From positions 16,244,001-16,308,000 of the forward strand of contig OX597831.1 in NCBI GenBank assembly GCA_951406725.2: a stretch of 64,000 nt of DNA, given 5' to 3'. Positions 1 through 22,170 of this stretch are shown in pieces; position 1 is the stretch's first letter; every line of letters begins with the position of its first letter. Source of the DNA: Octopus vulgaris. Taxonomy: Eukaryota. The notes below the pieces were generated by a model that worked only from the letters and a program-made list of their open reading frames with translations, had not been told where the DNA came from and searched no databases. The position numbers were made by a program, and so were the translations under genes.

Positions 1-1134
1 TAAAATAAATAAAATAGTTTTTGTTTCTGGTGAATACACGAAAGAAATAATCATTTTATATAAACATTTCAATAAAATGCACAAAGCGCCATGTTGAATT
101 TCTCGTCCAAAATTCGGTCCTTAGTGCATAATTGGGTATGTTTATGGGAAACACGTGACAGCTAAAGACGGTACTCACCAATAATGAGGCCAAATAGAAT
201 TATTGAAAATTTCATTCCGGATATTCGTATGAAAATCAAGGTCGGTTAATGCAATAACTTCTTGCATGTAACTGAAAATTTCGTAATATTATTTAATGGA
301 TGTTTGGCTCATTCAGATGGTATTTACACGTTGTCCATAAAAAATAATAAAATATTTTCCTGCGGCATTTTAATGATATATACATGCCATATATAAAGAG
401 GTTTATATGAGTTTTCTGACATGTATAGTCTTGGATCTTTTTTGCCTTTATGAAAGCAAATATCGATTCGGATTTTCATTTCATTATTTATATGTGGAAG
501 ATGCTTCCACATATAAAGGTCGATTTATTTATGAACGTATGAATGCATGTACCCTCGCACTCTATTATTATCAATGTATAAAGACAAATGCACACGGAAT
601 ATTTATTATGTACAAGTTATGTTTCGCTCCATCACTTTGGCTGTCTTCAGGTACATTGACAAAGAAGTCTCAGAAGATACTTTTTTTTGTGTCGGTTCCG
701 CTATTGTTATATCGATTTCGGGAATTGATATAAGCAAATAATATTATAGAGGCGTGAAAAGTTCTAATGTGAACGCGGAAATCTTGCGCTCCAGCTTAGA
801 TAAAATAAGCTTATCAGCTTTCCCTGTCATAAAAGGAGAAAGGGACAGTAATATTTAGACAAGCAGTATCATGTTCGTGCATTTCCATACGAATGGACAG
901 ACAGAGGGACATATATATATATATATATATAAATACGTAGACACACACATACTTATATGTATACATACGTTTACATTCACATGTATTTATTTATACTATT
1001 GAACCTTCGGAGGGGTATTATGCCGGAGTGATGTTTGTAGTAGGCACACCACACGAGCAACTATCCCGCAGATTTAGAAAACACACACACATACACACAC
1101 ACACCACACACCACACACACATATATATTTCTTT

Positions 1135-1300
1135 CGTACCCACAATGGGCTAAACATAGAGGGGACAAACAAGGACAGACAAAGGGATTAAGTCGATTAC
1201 ATCGATTCAGTGCGAAACTGGTACTTTATTTATCGACCCCGAGAGGATGAAAGGCAAGTCGACCTCGAATAAATTTGAACTCAGAACATAACGACACACG
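1135..1300 (-). mobile_element. tRNA-derived SINE, Meta-type central domain (5'-truncated)
   Basis: Reverse complement of gcctttcatcc..ggggtcgataaa..agtaccag; multi-copy in the window. Confidence 0.75.
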
Positions 1301-1303
1301 AAA

Positions 1304-1352
<49 letters not shown>

Positions 1353-2080
1353 CACGCACACACACATGCACAGACACACTCACACATGCATATACATATT
1401 TAAATACGTTATTTTGAAAGCAATATCGAAATATATATCATGTAAGACCCCTTACAATTGAAATTACACCTGCCTACTGTTTTTCTAAAGAGATCTTGAA
1501 TTTATTAAATGATTCACATGGCTGTATATAATAGTTCCGAAAACCGTTCCGTCTCTCCAATTTCCAGGAATAAACGCAGAAATTTATTTCACTTATCTTC
1601 TCATATGTATAAATTCCGTAAAGAATTTTATAAACCATCTCGGTGACTTAAAACTTCCTTAAATGACACCTACTCAAAATATTCACGAATAACAAATTGG
1701 CAATGCCATAATTTTAAACTGAATCTCTCGTGAAGCATGATATCCTAAAGTTTATGCACTGCAGAATGAGAAATATTAGTGTAACTTCGCTATACATAAA
1801 TATTGTTTCTTTACATCCGGATCATTTAACAGCAATTTTTCTGTATTAAAATATTTATAGTAAACACCTAAAATATACATAGTTTTTTGAAGACGGTGCT
1901 ACTATAGATAAAATATATTTCCTTCACAGATATGATCTGCCAATTCAGTTGTATATTGCTTTAGAGACCCACTGCAATTCCTATTAATTTTAAGTGTAAT
2001 ATAGCAGCGTTTTAACTGCTTCTTTAACTACAATATTAACAAGAAGCGATCTTGCCTCAAAATTTCCTTTATACTTTACC

Positions 2081-2112
<32 letters not shown>

Positions 2113-2249
2113 CCACGTACACACATACACTATATATATAGGGAGAGGAAGAGAGAGAGATAGGGAGTGAGAGAGATAAATGTAAGAACCAAAGATCGAG
2201 GTGCAGGAAGAGAGTGAGCTTCAAACATTCTGTAGGAAATATATATATA

Positions 2250-2489
2250 GGTGCAGAAGAGGCTGTGTGGTAAGTAGCTTGCTTAACAACCACATGGTTA
2301 CGGGTTCAGTCCCACAGCGTGGTATCTTGGGCAAGTGTCTTCAACTATAGCCTCTGTCCGTCCAAACACTTGTGAGTGGATTTGGTAGACAGAAACTGAA
2401 ACACGCCCGTCGTATATATATATGTGTGTATATATATATGTATGTGTGTGGGGTGGTGGTGTTTGTTTGTTTGTGAGTGTGTGTGTGTT

Positions 2490-2520
<31 letters not shown>

Positions 2521-2580
2521 GTGAGTGTGTGTGTGTGTGTCTGTGTTTGTCCCCCAACATCGCTTGACAACCTATGCTGG
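2250..2580 (+). mobile_element. CORE-type tRNA SINE (Octopus OR2-like) with internal TA/TG microsatellite
   Basis: tgtgtggtaag A box, gggttcagtccc B box, cttgggcaagtgtctt CORE-like motif; similar to 15761-16125. Confidence 0.75.
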
Positions 2581-3400
2581 TGTGGTTCGCAAATTTCAGA
2601 AGTGGAGATTTCAGTGTTGAAGATGAAGATCGAACAGGAAGTCCAGTTGAGTTTGGTGATAAGCTCTTTGAAGCATTACTTGAAGAAACTCCTGCATCAT
2701 CAGTTGAAGAATTGGCAATAAAGCTTAATTCAAACCACATAACTGTTCATCGTCAGTTTCAACAACTTGGAAATATTCCTAAAGTTGGAAAATGCGTGCC
2801 TCATGAATTGTCCGAAAGCAACCGCAAATCCCGAGTTGATATCTGCTCTTCTCTCCATTCTCGCGAGCTCATTTCACCTTTTGTGGATAGACTTGTGACT
2901 GGTGAAGAAAAATGGATCTTCTATCGAAATTTTAAATGTCGTAAGCAGTGGCTTGGTAAAATGGAAATAACTCAACCATAACCGAGACGGGAGCTTCATG
3001 CGAAAACAGCTCTCTCTATCTGCTGGGATTGCAATGGAGCAATTCACTTTGAATTGTTACCACCTAATGCTCAAGTCTACTGTCAGCAATTAGAGCGTTT
3101 GAACCAAGCGTTGAAGAAAAGAGGCCCGCTTTAGTGAATGGAAAAGGAGTGATGGATGTTTCATAAGGACAATGCACGACCCCACACTGCAAAGATCACA
3201 TCACAGAAGGTCGATGAGCTTGGTTGGGGAAAATTTCCAATCCAGCTTATTCTCCCGATCTTGCTCCATCAGACTACCATTTGTTTTGTAGTTTACAGAA
3301 TCATTTGGGGGGCATAATTTTCGTAAGCCAGAGTTCTTCGCTTTGAAACCAAAGGAGTTTTACATTGATGGGATTTAAAATCTTGTAAATAGATGGAAGC
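2580..3400 (+). pseudogene. Decayed mariner transposase
   Basis: WF..FRSGDFS.ED..R.G.P, CVPHEL (WVPHEL), VTGEEKW (TGDEKW), DNARPH and YSPDLAPSDYHLF motifs, with stops and frameshifts. Confidence 0.9.
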
Positions 3401-3586
3401 GGCATTTCCATATTTCCATCGCGTAATAATTTAGGCTTAAATAAATCATGGCTTATATATCATATTCAGTTTAATATCAACAGGTTGTATACCTTGAGTA
3501 ATTATGCTATGTTATTCGCCGATATGACACGTGTTTCCAATAATATAATCCAGTTCCATATTTAAGAGATGAGGAATTATATGCAT

Positions 3587-3745
3587 TATTTACATTATTT
3601 ACATTTGACGGATATTTGTCCTCATCATGTTTGTTGTTGACATAACGTTTCGGCTGATATACATTCCAGCCTTCATCAAGTGTCTTGAGGAAATTTCGAA
3701 CCTGGCATCTCAATCCCTAGGTATTTTTCGATGTTGTTGTTGTTG

Positions 3746-3833
<88 letters not shown>

Positions 3834-3882
3834 CATTCAGGTTATTGCTTTGAATCGAAATCGGATCTCGGGCAGTTATGAC

Positions 3883-3947
<65 letters not shown>

Positions 3948-4113
3948 TAATAAAAATATTAATAATAACGAAAATACGTTAGGTATGAGAACCCAGGGGT
4001 TCGAAATTTCCTTAAGACACCGGAGGAAGGCTGGAGGTTATATCAACCGAAACGTTGTGTCAACAACAAACAAGATGAGGACAAATATCCGTCAAATGTA
4101 AATAATGTAAATA
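3587..4113. repeat. Inverted pair of a short hammerhead-bearing repeat flanking (ATT)n/(AAT)n
   Basis: About 3587-3735 is the reverse complement of about 3968-4113. Confidence 0.8.
3639..3684 (-). ncRNA. Minimal type-I hammerhead-like motif (UUGAUGA core)
   Basis: gacac-uugauga-a-ggcug..cagcc-gaaa-cg-uu-auguc. Confidence 0.55.
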
Positions 4114-5091
4114 ACAATCGTTGCAAATAAGTGATTAATAACTAATCTTTAGAATATAGTTGATTCAGCCCAATATTAAGATTAATTGTAATGCTCATTA
4201 GTTACATATAAATGTTCGTTTATGAGAAAATATCGCAAGTTATACATTTAATACTTAGAAATATTAGACGTAAGTGATTTGGGAGAGGCATTAGCAGAGA
4301 TTTTCGCATCGTACGAATACCAATGTTAGTGAGTAGTATCGCATGAAAAATTACTGGCTCGTCTGTTGCAACGGAGTAGTAACATACTACGTCTCAGTTC
4401 CCTCTTAGCCTCTCCACCCTCGCCTGTCGCAAAAGAGTACTTAACAATAGACCACTCCTATGAGAACTAACCAATCTATTTGCACCCTTCCCTACTCACA
4501 CCCCGCTATTCAATTCCTCTGACCTCATTTATAATTACACCTCCTCCAATACCAACCCAATGCTTTTGTCTCACAAACAGCTACTTTTGACCGCTTTCTC
4601 AGCTCCATCAGCGATGAAACCAGCCAACTTATTTCCCTAAAATAATTGCCGTCCCCTTTTCACTATCTCAACTTTAACACTCCGGCATTCATCAAACTAA
4701 CACGATGGTCATCTTTCACTTACTATCTAAACCCCGAAATGTATTTCCCCTCCCACTAATCTCTATCTAAATACCCCGCCAACTCCTCTTTCTAATCATT
4801 CCATCTTTAAACTTCATTCTGTCAACACCTCGAATCTGAACTTTTCCCGTGACGACGGGGACTAGTTTCATCTGATGGGGAAATAAAGTTTCTTTCATTA
4901 TTTTGAATGACCAAGACCTCCGAAAAAGCTGTTGGAATCGGAAACCTCTTACTCAAACTCTTTAATTTCTGATATCATTTCTATTCTGTGTAAGACAGAC
5001 TTTTTATATATACATAGGTATATCTTTTGTATTAGATGTATTTAATATTTTTGGTATCTCCACTTGGTTATCTTGCTTGTCCTTGCATTTA

Positions 5092-5147
<56 letters not shown>

Positions 5148-5969
5148 CGTATGTATATAAATATACATATATATATGTATGTATGTATATACCTATACAC
5201 GCACTTATACAGAGAGAGAGTTTTATCTATGGATAGGTGCGTATGTATATGCAGTGTTTCATGCCTCATTGGCCATCATATTATGCCAATAATTAACACT
5301 TACGTTGGTTCTGCTTCAGCTTTTATTAGTCAATCGGTTTACCAATATTTGTTTAATCGATCGATCATTCAATCAGCTAGCTTTGCCACTGCCCCTTCGT
5401 CACTCTTCCATTCCTTTTTTCAAAGACACGCCATATCTCCTCCAGATGTTCTTCAAGTCTGAAGCAGACCATGACGAAAATCCACAAATTGATTTCGGTG
5501 AGAATTTTAATCAGAATATATTCTACATATACTATGACACTCCAATAGTTCTGCCTATTCGGTTACGGAGATGAACTCGGATAATATGAGATGTTTTTGA
5601 GATAAATAAATATATGGTTCAATAAAAATCTCATAAGTTCCAAACATGTAGAAGTAACATCGTGCATCTTTACATATGTGGGAGTGGCATCAGCACCACT
5701 GCAGACACGAATACTGATTGTAACTTGAACTGTAAAGAGAATAGATTACTGGTGACTCAAAATCCATACTGAATGTTTTGAATCCCTATTTCAATATAAA
5801 GCAAAGTTGTTTTACTTGATACTCTTATGACGGAGACGACTGGAAAATCATGTGCAAATAAGTAGAACGCCATTCCATTAATAATGCAATGAAGATGCTT
5901 TCATCTAATTTACCCAATTATTCATGTATTTTGCCTTACTTTCACAATTACATTCAAGTATGAGACTTC

Positions 5970-6170
5970 CAGCTGGCAGATTTATTAGCACGCCGGGAAA
6001 AAATGCTTAGCGGCATTTCGTCCGACATAGTGTTCTGAGTTCAAGTCCTGAGGAGGCCGACTTTGCCATTATTGATTTTGTACTCGATAAAGTAAGTACA
6101 ATTACTGGGTTTCTTAGTAGTCGACTTCACCGCTTCCCCAGTTTGCTGGTCTTGTACCAACATTTGAAAC
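5970..6170 (+). mobile_element. Meta-type SINE (degenerate)
   Basis: agctggcaga..tagcacgccggg..ctgagttcaa head. Confidence 0.65.
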
Positions 6171-6515
6171 CAATTATATTTAACTATAGTTCTCAGATAG
6201 TATATTTTATTGAATGAAGTTACTGAAACACTCATATGATTTATTATTCTTTGTATATAAACCACGAAAATAAATTTGAACAATTCTGAGGAGTAAGCTT
6301 TTATTGCGATTTTCTATCGACATTTCAGGACCAAAGTATAATTATATAGGCTAATTGAGATAGGAGAAAAAATAGATTTAGAGATTACAATTAATAAATA
6401 TTATTTAGCTCACTTATGTAAGCTGCTACAATATTACAGACACTCAAATATACACACTCACACACACACACACACAAACATACAGACATACGCTAAGACA
6501 CACCCATACACACAA

Positions 6516-6577
<62 letters not shown>

Positions 6578-6579
6578 TT

Positions 6580-6775
6580 TTATTCTGCTATTTGTTTCAG
6601 GCATGTGACTGCGGCCATGCTGGAGCACCGTCATTCAGTAGTCGAAGAAATCGACCCCAGGACTTATTCTTTGTAAGCATATTAATATCGGTCTCTTTGC
6701 CGAACCGCTAAGTTACGGGGACGTAAACACACCGACATGGTTGTCAGGTGATGGGGGCGGGCAAACATAGACTTA

Positions 6776-6861
<86 letters not shown>

Positions 6862-7020
6862 TATATATATAAATAAATATATATATACGACGGGTTTCTT
6901 TCAGTTTCCGTTTACCAATTTCACTCACAATGCTTTGGTTGACCCGAGGATGATGTAGAAGGCACTCGCCCAGAGTGCCACGCAGTGGGACTAAGCACGA
7001 AGGCATATGGGTGGGAGGAG
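6580..7020 (-). mobile_element. CORE/OR2-like SINE
   Basis: Reverse-complement match to 15761-16125. Confidence 0.7.
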
Positions 7021-7480
7021 GCCTGAGTCGCCACTAATTACTCATTGTAGGCAGCTGGAGACATTTATCTGTTAAGACCCACAAAAAATAAGCGAAGCAC
7101 AGGCGCGCGCCATTAAGCTGAACACAGATTTACTTCTGCTTTTATAGCACATAAAGAAAACGGTGTTGTAGGAGTGTACACAGCATGTGTGCTGCAGCAG
7201 TTCGATGCGTAGCTTAAATACTGACAAGGGTGAATTATGTCTACCTAATCTACAAATAAAGTATAATATTTTGTGTTTTATGCATAGTAATTTTCAGTTT
7301 TATTGAATTACGTGCATATTTTGTCACATAAGGAAAATGATGCTATCGATCTATTTTATTCAAGGTAGGCACTGCCTACCTTGTCTACCAAGGCGCACAT
7401 TCCTGATATACTGATATACACACACAGAGACACAGACATACACACAGACACACACACACACACACACATACACACACACA

Positions 7481-7550
<70 letters not shown>

Positions 7551-8799
7551 CATTGGAAATTAGTTACCTATTACTGATAAGACGCAAAACACGCCAAAAT
7601 CACGTGATAGAGCATTTGCCCCACTACCGCTCGACAGTAGTTGCTTATAGTTCTGTACTTTTATGCAAAATAAAAAAAAAAGTCTAAAAGAGAGACATTA
7701 TCAGTACGAAAACTGTAATGTTATTGCACTCTGATAAGCCATGCGCAGTAAATAACATACAAAGTCTGCCATTCACTTATAATTTCGCATTCGTCACTAG
7801 TATTTCATCGCATAAAATTCGACAAAGCTACAGAAATCTAATGCCATCCTCACATTATAAAGTCTAGACAACTTTATGGAATAAGAAACAGAAACCTCTG
7901 CTCGGTACATATAGCAAAAATTAATATATTTGGCCAGTAGGTATTTCCAGGTAGGTATTTCAGCAGATGTAGTTAGCAAATGAATTAATAACATCATGAC
8001 TGAATTATATCACATTTAATTTACTTAATGCCACATGTCACCTTCATGAATGTTTATAGCAATATCTAAAATATTTCTGACCGATTCAAATACAGAGGTG
8101 AAGTATGCAGGACCAAGCTATTCAGTAGATAGATTGTTATTTATGAAACGATGGAAATATCATTTAGGTAATATCAGTTCTGAAAATAAATTACAAGTTG
8201 AAAAAGACAGCATTCGTTAATGAGAATTCTAGTGGAAGATTTCGAATATATTACTCACTAAAGAAGATATTTTATTTCAAAACAATGGTTTTCTTTTTAA
8301 AAAATAATTATTCAAAAAGTGTCAAAGTACAAAAGAGGACTTCATATTCGTGAGTCGAAAATCCAATCATTCAAAAATAATTATGAATCCTAATGTTTTG
8401 TTCGAAAGTTTCAGCTAATGAAAAACATATAAATAAAACGAGTAACGAGAAACAATACAGTGCAGCTTGAACTGAAGCTGGCTATAAGGAGCGAATTCAT
8501 TATAGTCTTAATAGCAAGGTTATGAAAATATATAAATACGGATGAAGAATGAAAGCGATTACCATTATATTAAAAAAATAACAAAAAACCTATATGAATA
8601 GAAAATATATTAAGCCAAGCTTTATTGATAATAGAAAACTCATAAAGAGCAAAACAATCTCTAAAAGAAACGATGCAATGAAGATCGAGATTAGCTATGT
8701 GATAATGAGAAGCAAACCTATTATTAAAATGACCTTTATGCCAACCAAGCAACAGATGGAATACAGAGAATATAATAATAGTATTTGATAGTAGTAAAT

Positions 8800-9135
8800 A
8801 TCGTGGCACTCCGTCGGTTACGACGATGAGGGTTCCAGCCTGCTCATAAAATTAATGTGCAAGTGGCTGAACACTCCGCAGACACGTGTACCCTTAGCCT
8901 ATTTTTCGGGGTGATTTAGTGTGACAAAGCTGGCCCTTTCAAATAGTGCTACAACAGAAACAGGAAAAAATTGTGAGAGAATGCTGTGAAACAGTACAGC
9001 AGGGTTCGCTAACACTCTCTCTCGGAACCTCGTGGTTCTTCAGGTGTTTTTGCTCAAAAAACACTCACAACGCCCAGTCTGGGAATTGAAACCGCGATCC
9101 TCCTGCCCTAACCACTGGGCCATTGCGCCTCCACA
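8800..9135 (-). mobile_element. Third tRNA-derived SINE family
   Basis: Minus-strand head ggcgcaatggcccagtggttagggcag..ggtttcaattccc; related head at 34995-35122. Confidence 0.65.
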
Positions 9136-9869
9136 ATTGTAAATATAATAGCGCTAATAGTGAGGCGAATTGAAATAAACACAATAATACTTATTTCAGA
9201 AAGATAAAAAAGGAAATAATTGGATGCCAACTCTCACATTATTAGTAAGAACTACAAACAGGAATATCTGATAAGATATACTAGCTGTAATATCACTCCA
9301 GGAAAGCGTAGAGCTTGTACAAATAAGTGTTACGATGTATTTATTAAGTAGTTTGGGATATACCAGAAATACTTTACGTGGCTCTAAACAAGACAATTGT
9401 AGTTTGTTCCACATTTAATTAAAATTGCGTGTTTATCTACAGGGAACTTAGCTAAAATTATAGCAACGCAGAATGCTAGATTTTGTGGAATGTCATTCAG
9501 CCAATCTACTTAATAATAGTAATAAAGATGGCAACAACAACAAAAGGGATGGTAGCAGTAGTAGTAGTAGTAGTAGTAACAACAGCAACATATAGTAAAT
9601 AAACTACAAAAACAAATATAAGACTGTTTTGTGAATTAGAGTCAACAGGATCTCAAATATGAAAAACAAAGAGAAAAGGCCAATATAACAAAACAATACA
9701 ACATAATATATAAAAAAAGATGTCTGTGAGGTGATCGAAAATGTTAAATAGGGCATAGTAGCAAAAAATAATGTGCAAAACGGGAAGGCTGCTTCCAACA
9801 AAAGAAGGGAATTCAAAGTAAACATTTTTTTAATAGAAGGTTAAAGGAAAAATAAAGTATATCAATAGA

Positions 9870-10615
9870 TGCCATGCCTACAACATCAGCGATTCGGTCA
9901 TACTGGGAAGAAATATGGAGCAAACCAAAAAGAAAAAGAGAAAAGAGAGAAACACAACAAAAATGCTCATTGGATGAATAGGGAACAGGAAAGGAAGAAC
10001 ACAATAAAACAACAGATATGGCCCAACATTACAGGCCAAGAGATCATGGACACATTGAGAAGAACCAACAACTGGAAAAGTGCAGGGATAGACAAGGTCC
10101 CCAACTTCTGGTTGAAACACCTCACCAGTACCCACAACCACATAACCACTTTGTAGCAGCGTTCAATTAATTGATAAGTGAGCCAGAATCAATATCAAAC
10201 TGCATGCTGGAAGGGCAACCCACCTTAATTCCTAAAAACAAAGCCACCATACACCATAAAAATTAACAGAGCAATAATATGCCTATCGACATCCGACAAA
10301 ACCCTAACATCAGTCTTCTATAATGGGATATGAAAGCACCTGGAAAACAGCAATGTGTTACCATGAGAACATAAAGGGTGCCAGAGAGGAGTGTATTGTT
10401 GTAAGGAGCAACTTCCGGCAAACAGAGTAGTTATAAAGGACTGTAAAGAGAGAAAGACAAACCTGGGCATGGCTTGGATTCATTACGAGAAAGCATCCTA
10501 CAGTGTTTCAAACCCATGATTACTGGACACTCACGACCCAAGGTCCCCACCACAACTACACAGAAAGGGAAAAGAAAATGAGGAGTGAGTATTACAGAAG
10601 GGTCAAACGAATATT
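9870..10615 (+). mobile_element. R4/Dong-like LINE RT fragment
   Basis: NNWKSAGIDKVPNFWLKHL, LIPK, GMAWI and EYYRRV motifs; homologous to the element at 52150-56182. Confidence 0.8.
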
Positions 10616-12899
10616 TCTCTCCCATCCCCCTCACTATCCTCTCCCAACCCTCTCTTTTCCCATCCCGGTCCACCCCTCTCGCTCTCTTCCCACTCTCACA
10701 CTCTGCCCCCTCTCTCTGCCTTTCTTTGGTTTCATCATCAGAACATCAACCCTCTGATTACATTATACTTGTAATTCTCTTCCTCTATGCCACAACCTCC
10801 GACTAGATTTTTAACCACGTAATGAATATTACGTTCCCCCTACCACACGTCATGGACGGTCTGTTTCTCTCCCCCTCTTTCCGTCTCACTCATCAGCTTA
10901 TCCTCTTTTTCTCTCTTCTTTTTCTTCCTCCTCTTTTCCCCTTTCATTTGAAAGCATTATAATCACGTTCCCCTCCCTCTTTTTACTCTATCCATATTCC
11001 CCTCCTCTTCTTTCTCTCTCTTTTGCTCAAATCACCTGAAAGCGTTGCCGACAGGAAAAGTATCCTAATGACATGCTTATAAGATTTTTATTTTTTCAAA
11101 ATTCTATAATCAAATCGTTTAATTAATTCCTATATTAATTTTTGTACCTTATACATCATTTTCATTGATCTGTGTTGCTAACATCTTATCTAATATCTTA
11201 ATTTAATTTGATCATATTATGCTAAGTTATACTAGATTTGAACCAATTCTTCAATATCCATTCTTTTAAGGGAAATAATTCTTTTACAATAGAATATCTT
11301 TCTTACTGACTAAAATATAATTATTTCCTTATAGAACACTCATTGCCTAGTTCTGTGCCTTTTCTAGTCCTTCACTGTACTTAGTATCATTACAAAAAGA
11401 TCTTTCCTTTGTAACTTAATTACGAATATATCAACTGAATAACAGATTTCTATTTGCGCCATCTGTGTGTTCGAATTAATCAGAAATAGTTTAAAACAGG
11501 AAGGGATTTCGCCATAAATATTCTTTAATTTAACTTGTGCGTTTGAAGAAACCGAACATCATTTTTTAAAATGCTGTCACTATCTGAAGCTTATCATATG
11601 TAGGTATGTTGGAATGCCTCCCTACCGCTTATGTTGTTAGGTCTACCACAATCTATTTCCCCTGTAATGTTCACCTCGCCAAGCAACATTGTATAGTTTT
11701 GGTAAGCATAGTATAACGTAACATGTTGTAGAATCTTAGTCGATCGATTAAAACGTGCAGTCACTGCATCAAGAAAATTTAGTATTTGTCAGTTTAATCC
11801 AAACTCGCGAAAGCTCTTTTTCTACTGTACACTTTGATCTTATGCTAAGCTTTTTTTCGGTGCTAGAACTTCGAACTGAGAAATCCGACACTTAATGGAA
11901 AGTAATTTTAATGCCTGCGTAGATTACGCTCGCTTTCAATGAACAATTCACTGAGCAGCGTTTGATCCCTGCATTTTCATTTGAAGTCCCCTCCGTTTTG
12001 CAAACACACATACGCACATACGTATATATAGGTGTATATATATATATATATACATGAATATATGCATATATGTATATGTATACATATATATATATATATA
12101 CACTCAAATCCGCACACACGCATACACATATACATGCATACATATAGACATACACAAATACATGCATACATACAGACATACATATATATATATATATACC
12201 TATATATGCTTGCGTATCTCCCTGAAATTGTTAAAATAGAATACTTTTGATATTATCGTCAGGATCAGTCAGACGACCAATTTTATTTATAATTGAATGC
12301 AGCGTGCTTTGATTTTATTGTTATTGTTGGAGCACTTCTATAGTTTTAGTGAAGGAACATTAAATATGTACAATCGTTTCATATCCGTGACGTCGTTGTT
12401 ACTGTAACTTTGAATATGTATTACGATGAAAACATATGCACTCTCATTGATAATACAGTAGTAATATGTTATTAGTGATGTAGTATGACAAGGCTTTACA
12501 AACCTCATCTGTTTTGATACAATGTGGAGAAGTCTGAAAAGAAATTGACCAAGTGTGTAAGCGAAAATCAATAACGAACATGAGAAGTATTGTTCTACCA
12601 CAAATATTTCCAAAGTCAATATATTTATCCTGACCACGGGACGTTTGTAACATCAATTTTGATAAGGAATGTACTTTCAATTAGAAGTATTTCATACGTG
12701 AAGCAAGATTTTAATGAACAGGATTTTAATGAACAGTCGTAATACATATCATAACTTCATATTTTTTTTCATTTGGCATCATGGAATTAGAATTTGTCTT
12801 TGGTGAAAATGTAAACAAATATAAAAAAAAGACATGAGCAGTAAATCAATTCCTGAATTCTTTCTTCCGTGTGAATTTTCAGACATGTTTTGATTGCAG

Positions 12900-13330
12900 T
12901 CATTGAAGAAATGAATGCTTTTTTTAGAAACTTTAGTCACAATTCAATGCAAAATCGATTCAAGACGGAAATGAATTCAGAATATAACTTCAGAAATATA
13001 AATTGGAATATTGTCTATAGTTCGATGACAGTGTTGGCACCATGAACAATAATGAATCTGTTTGGTCTGACGAAGCTCATTTGACTTTTTTCCAATTTCG
13101 TTTTTGATTAAATTTTCCATGTCATTTACTTAAATCGCTAACATTGTAAGAGAAATTGATAATAAAAATACAAAAATTTTATGAAGGAACGCTTTTTATA
13201 ATTTTAGCCAATTAGATCCATTCTATCACTTGAAGACTAAGCCATATTTTGGAAAGGAAATAGAGTCTGATTTTGTTGCTTTTGGTTTTGTTTTCAAAGT
13301 ATGACTAAAACAAAGACATCATCGTATTTT
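12900..13330 (+). mobile_element. Possible Tc1/mariner-superfamily relic
   Basis: VWSDEAHL at about 13060 resembles the first catalytic-Asp motif; the rest is decayed. Confidence 0.3.
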
Positions 13331-14811
13331 CAGCAATTAATAGCTGTTTTATAATTTAGACACAAGGTCAGCGGTTGTAGTATGTTAATAGACACCATCA
13401 ATGCCAGGACTATAATTTTAAAATCTTGGACGAGTGAAAGAGAAAGTAGACGGAATTTGAAATGAGAGCACAAAGACCTTCGCAGTGTGTCTTCTATCGT
13501 TCTAATTGATTCTGCCTTCATGTAAAGCAAGCATTTGATTGTTACAATGAAATTACGCAAAAGCCCTAAACGAATGAGTAACTCAAAGCTTATCCTAAGT
13601 CTTACACCCTAGATCATAAATCGTATCTCCAATCCCCAAAGTGTATGCTTAAATCATCTTTTTACCTTTAACCGACCCTCAATTCTGAACGCATATGCCT
13701 AAGTCTAAACAGCCAGGCTAAATCCTATATATAACTCCCCAAATCGACCTAAACTATAGTCACTAATCCTAAGCAGTAAACCTAATCATACCTCATACAT
13801 CAAGATGCTTCAATTGATTACTCTGGAGACAACTATCAAGATCTATTAGACTGGATATTAAAAATACATAAATCTAATAAATTCAAATCGAATTTAATTG
13901 TTTTATTAATTTGCTAAAACAACATTTTATTTTATTTCTGTGATTGCCATGTAAAGCAACGTGTGTGTGTAGAAATGTTCTATGGAGTATTTAAGAGTAT
14001 ATTAAACGGGAAAGGTCCTGAGTATTGTATGATAAAATAAATTTACCTTACACATTTTTTTCTCATTGAAGAACACACAAAAAGTACTGCTATATTCGCT
14101 TAATAAATGGTAACAGGCTGCGGGCGGAGTGTATTAATTGGAAGATGGACAACAAGATGTATCATACAAATACGTAGACATCAAAATCTTATGTCGAGAT
14201 TTGTTTCTGTTATAAAGTGAAATAACTGCTGGGTCACGTTTCTTTAATGTAAATCGTCGATCTATTTTAGCACATGCTAGTATGTGAATTAGTATATGTA
14301 CAATCGTCGTTCTAATGTGTTTGCTTTTGGGTATATATGTGAAAAAAAAAATCATACGTTATCATATATCATTGGATAATTTTTACATCGGGGATGAAAA
14401 GAAAATGGTTTTTATTCGAATGAAAATACACTCTACATCTTGCGTAAACCCACTGATCAGTATCGACAAGGGAAATATGGCACACCACTGATCCACTTTT
14501 TATTTCTTCATAAAGAATGTTACTAATATTCCTCACGAAAAATATGAAATGATTGTAGTTTGGCAAATTTAACGGGCATTTGTGTGACACAAACGGCATA
14601 GCACTGTTTCTGAGCTGGAAATCAGGCATTTTATATTTCGAACTGCATGTGTGTACCTGTATTGTGCAGGAGGAAACAAATGTTTAAATATGGATCTTTC
14701 ATATCCTGAGCTGACGTTAACTCCTGTCATTAATATAAATAATGAGTTCCATAAGCAATAAAAATTTACAAAAACAAAGCTAACAATATGTAACTAAACG
14801 TTATTTTTTAT

Positions 14812-22170
<7,359 letters not shown>

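Noticed and set aside
7797-7997. ORF MMLLIHLLTTSA... as another signal-peptide exon
   Set aside because: No family promoter block, no 37-nt phase-1 donor and no Cys pattern.
13560-13800. Degenerate CCCTAA-like repeats as an interstitial telomere
   Set aside because: Too degenerate to support; similar tracts occur in transposon remnants.
14369-14629. 86-aa minus-strand ORF just downstream of gene A as an extra exon or gene
   Set aside because: It lies beyond the stop and AATAAA, has no counterpart behind gene B and no recognisable motif.
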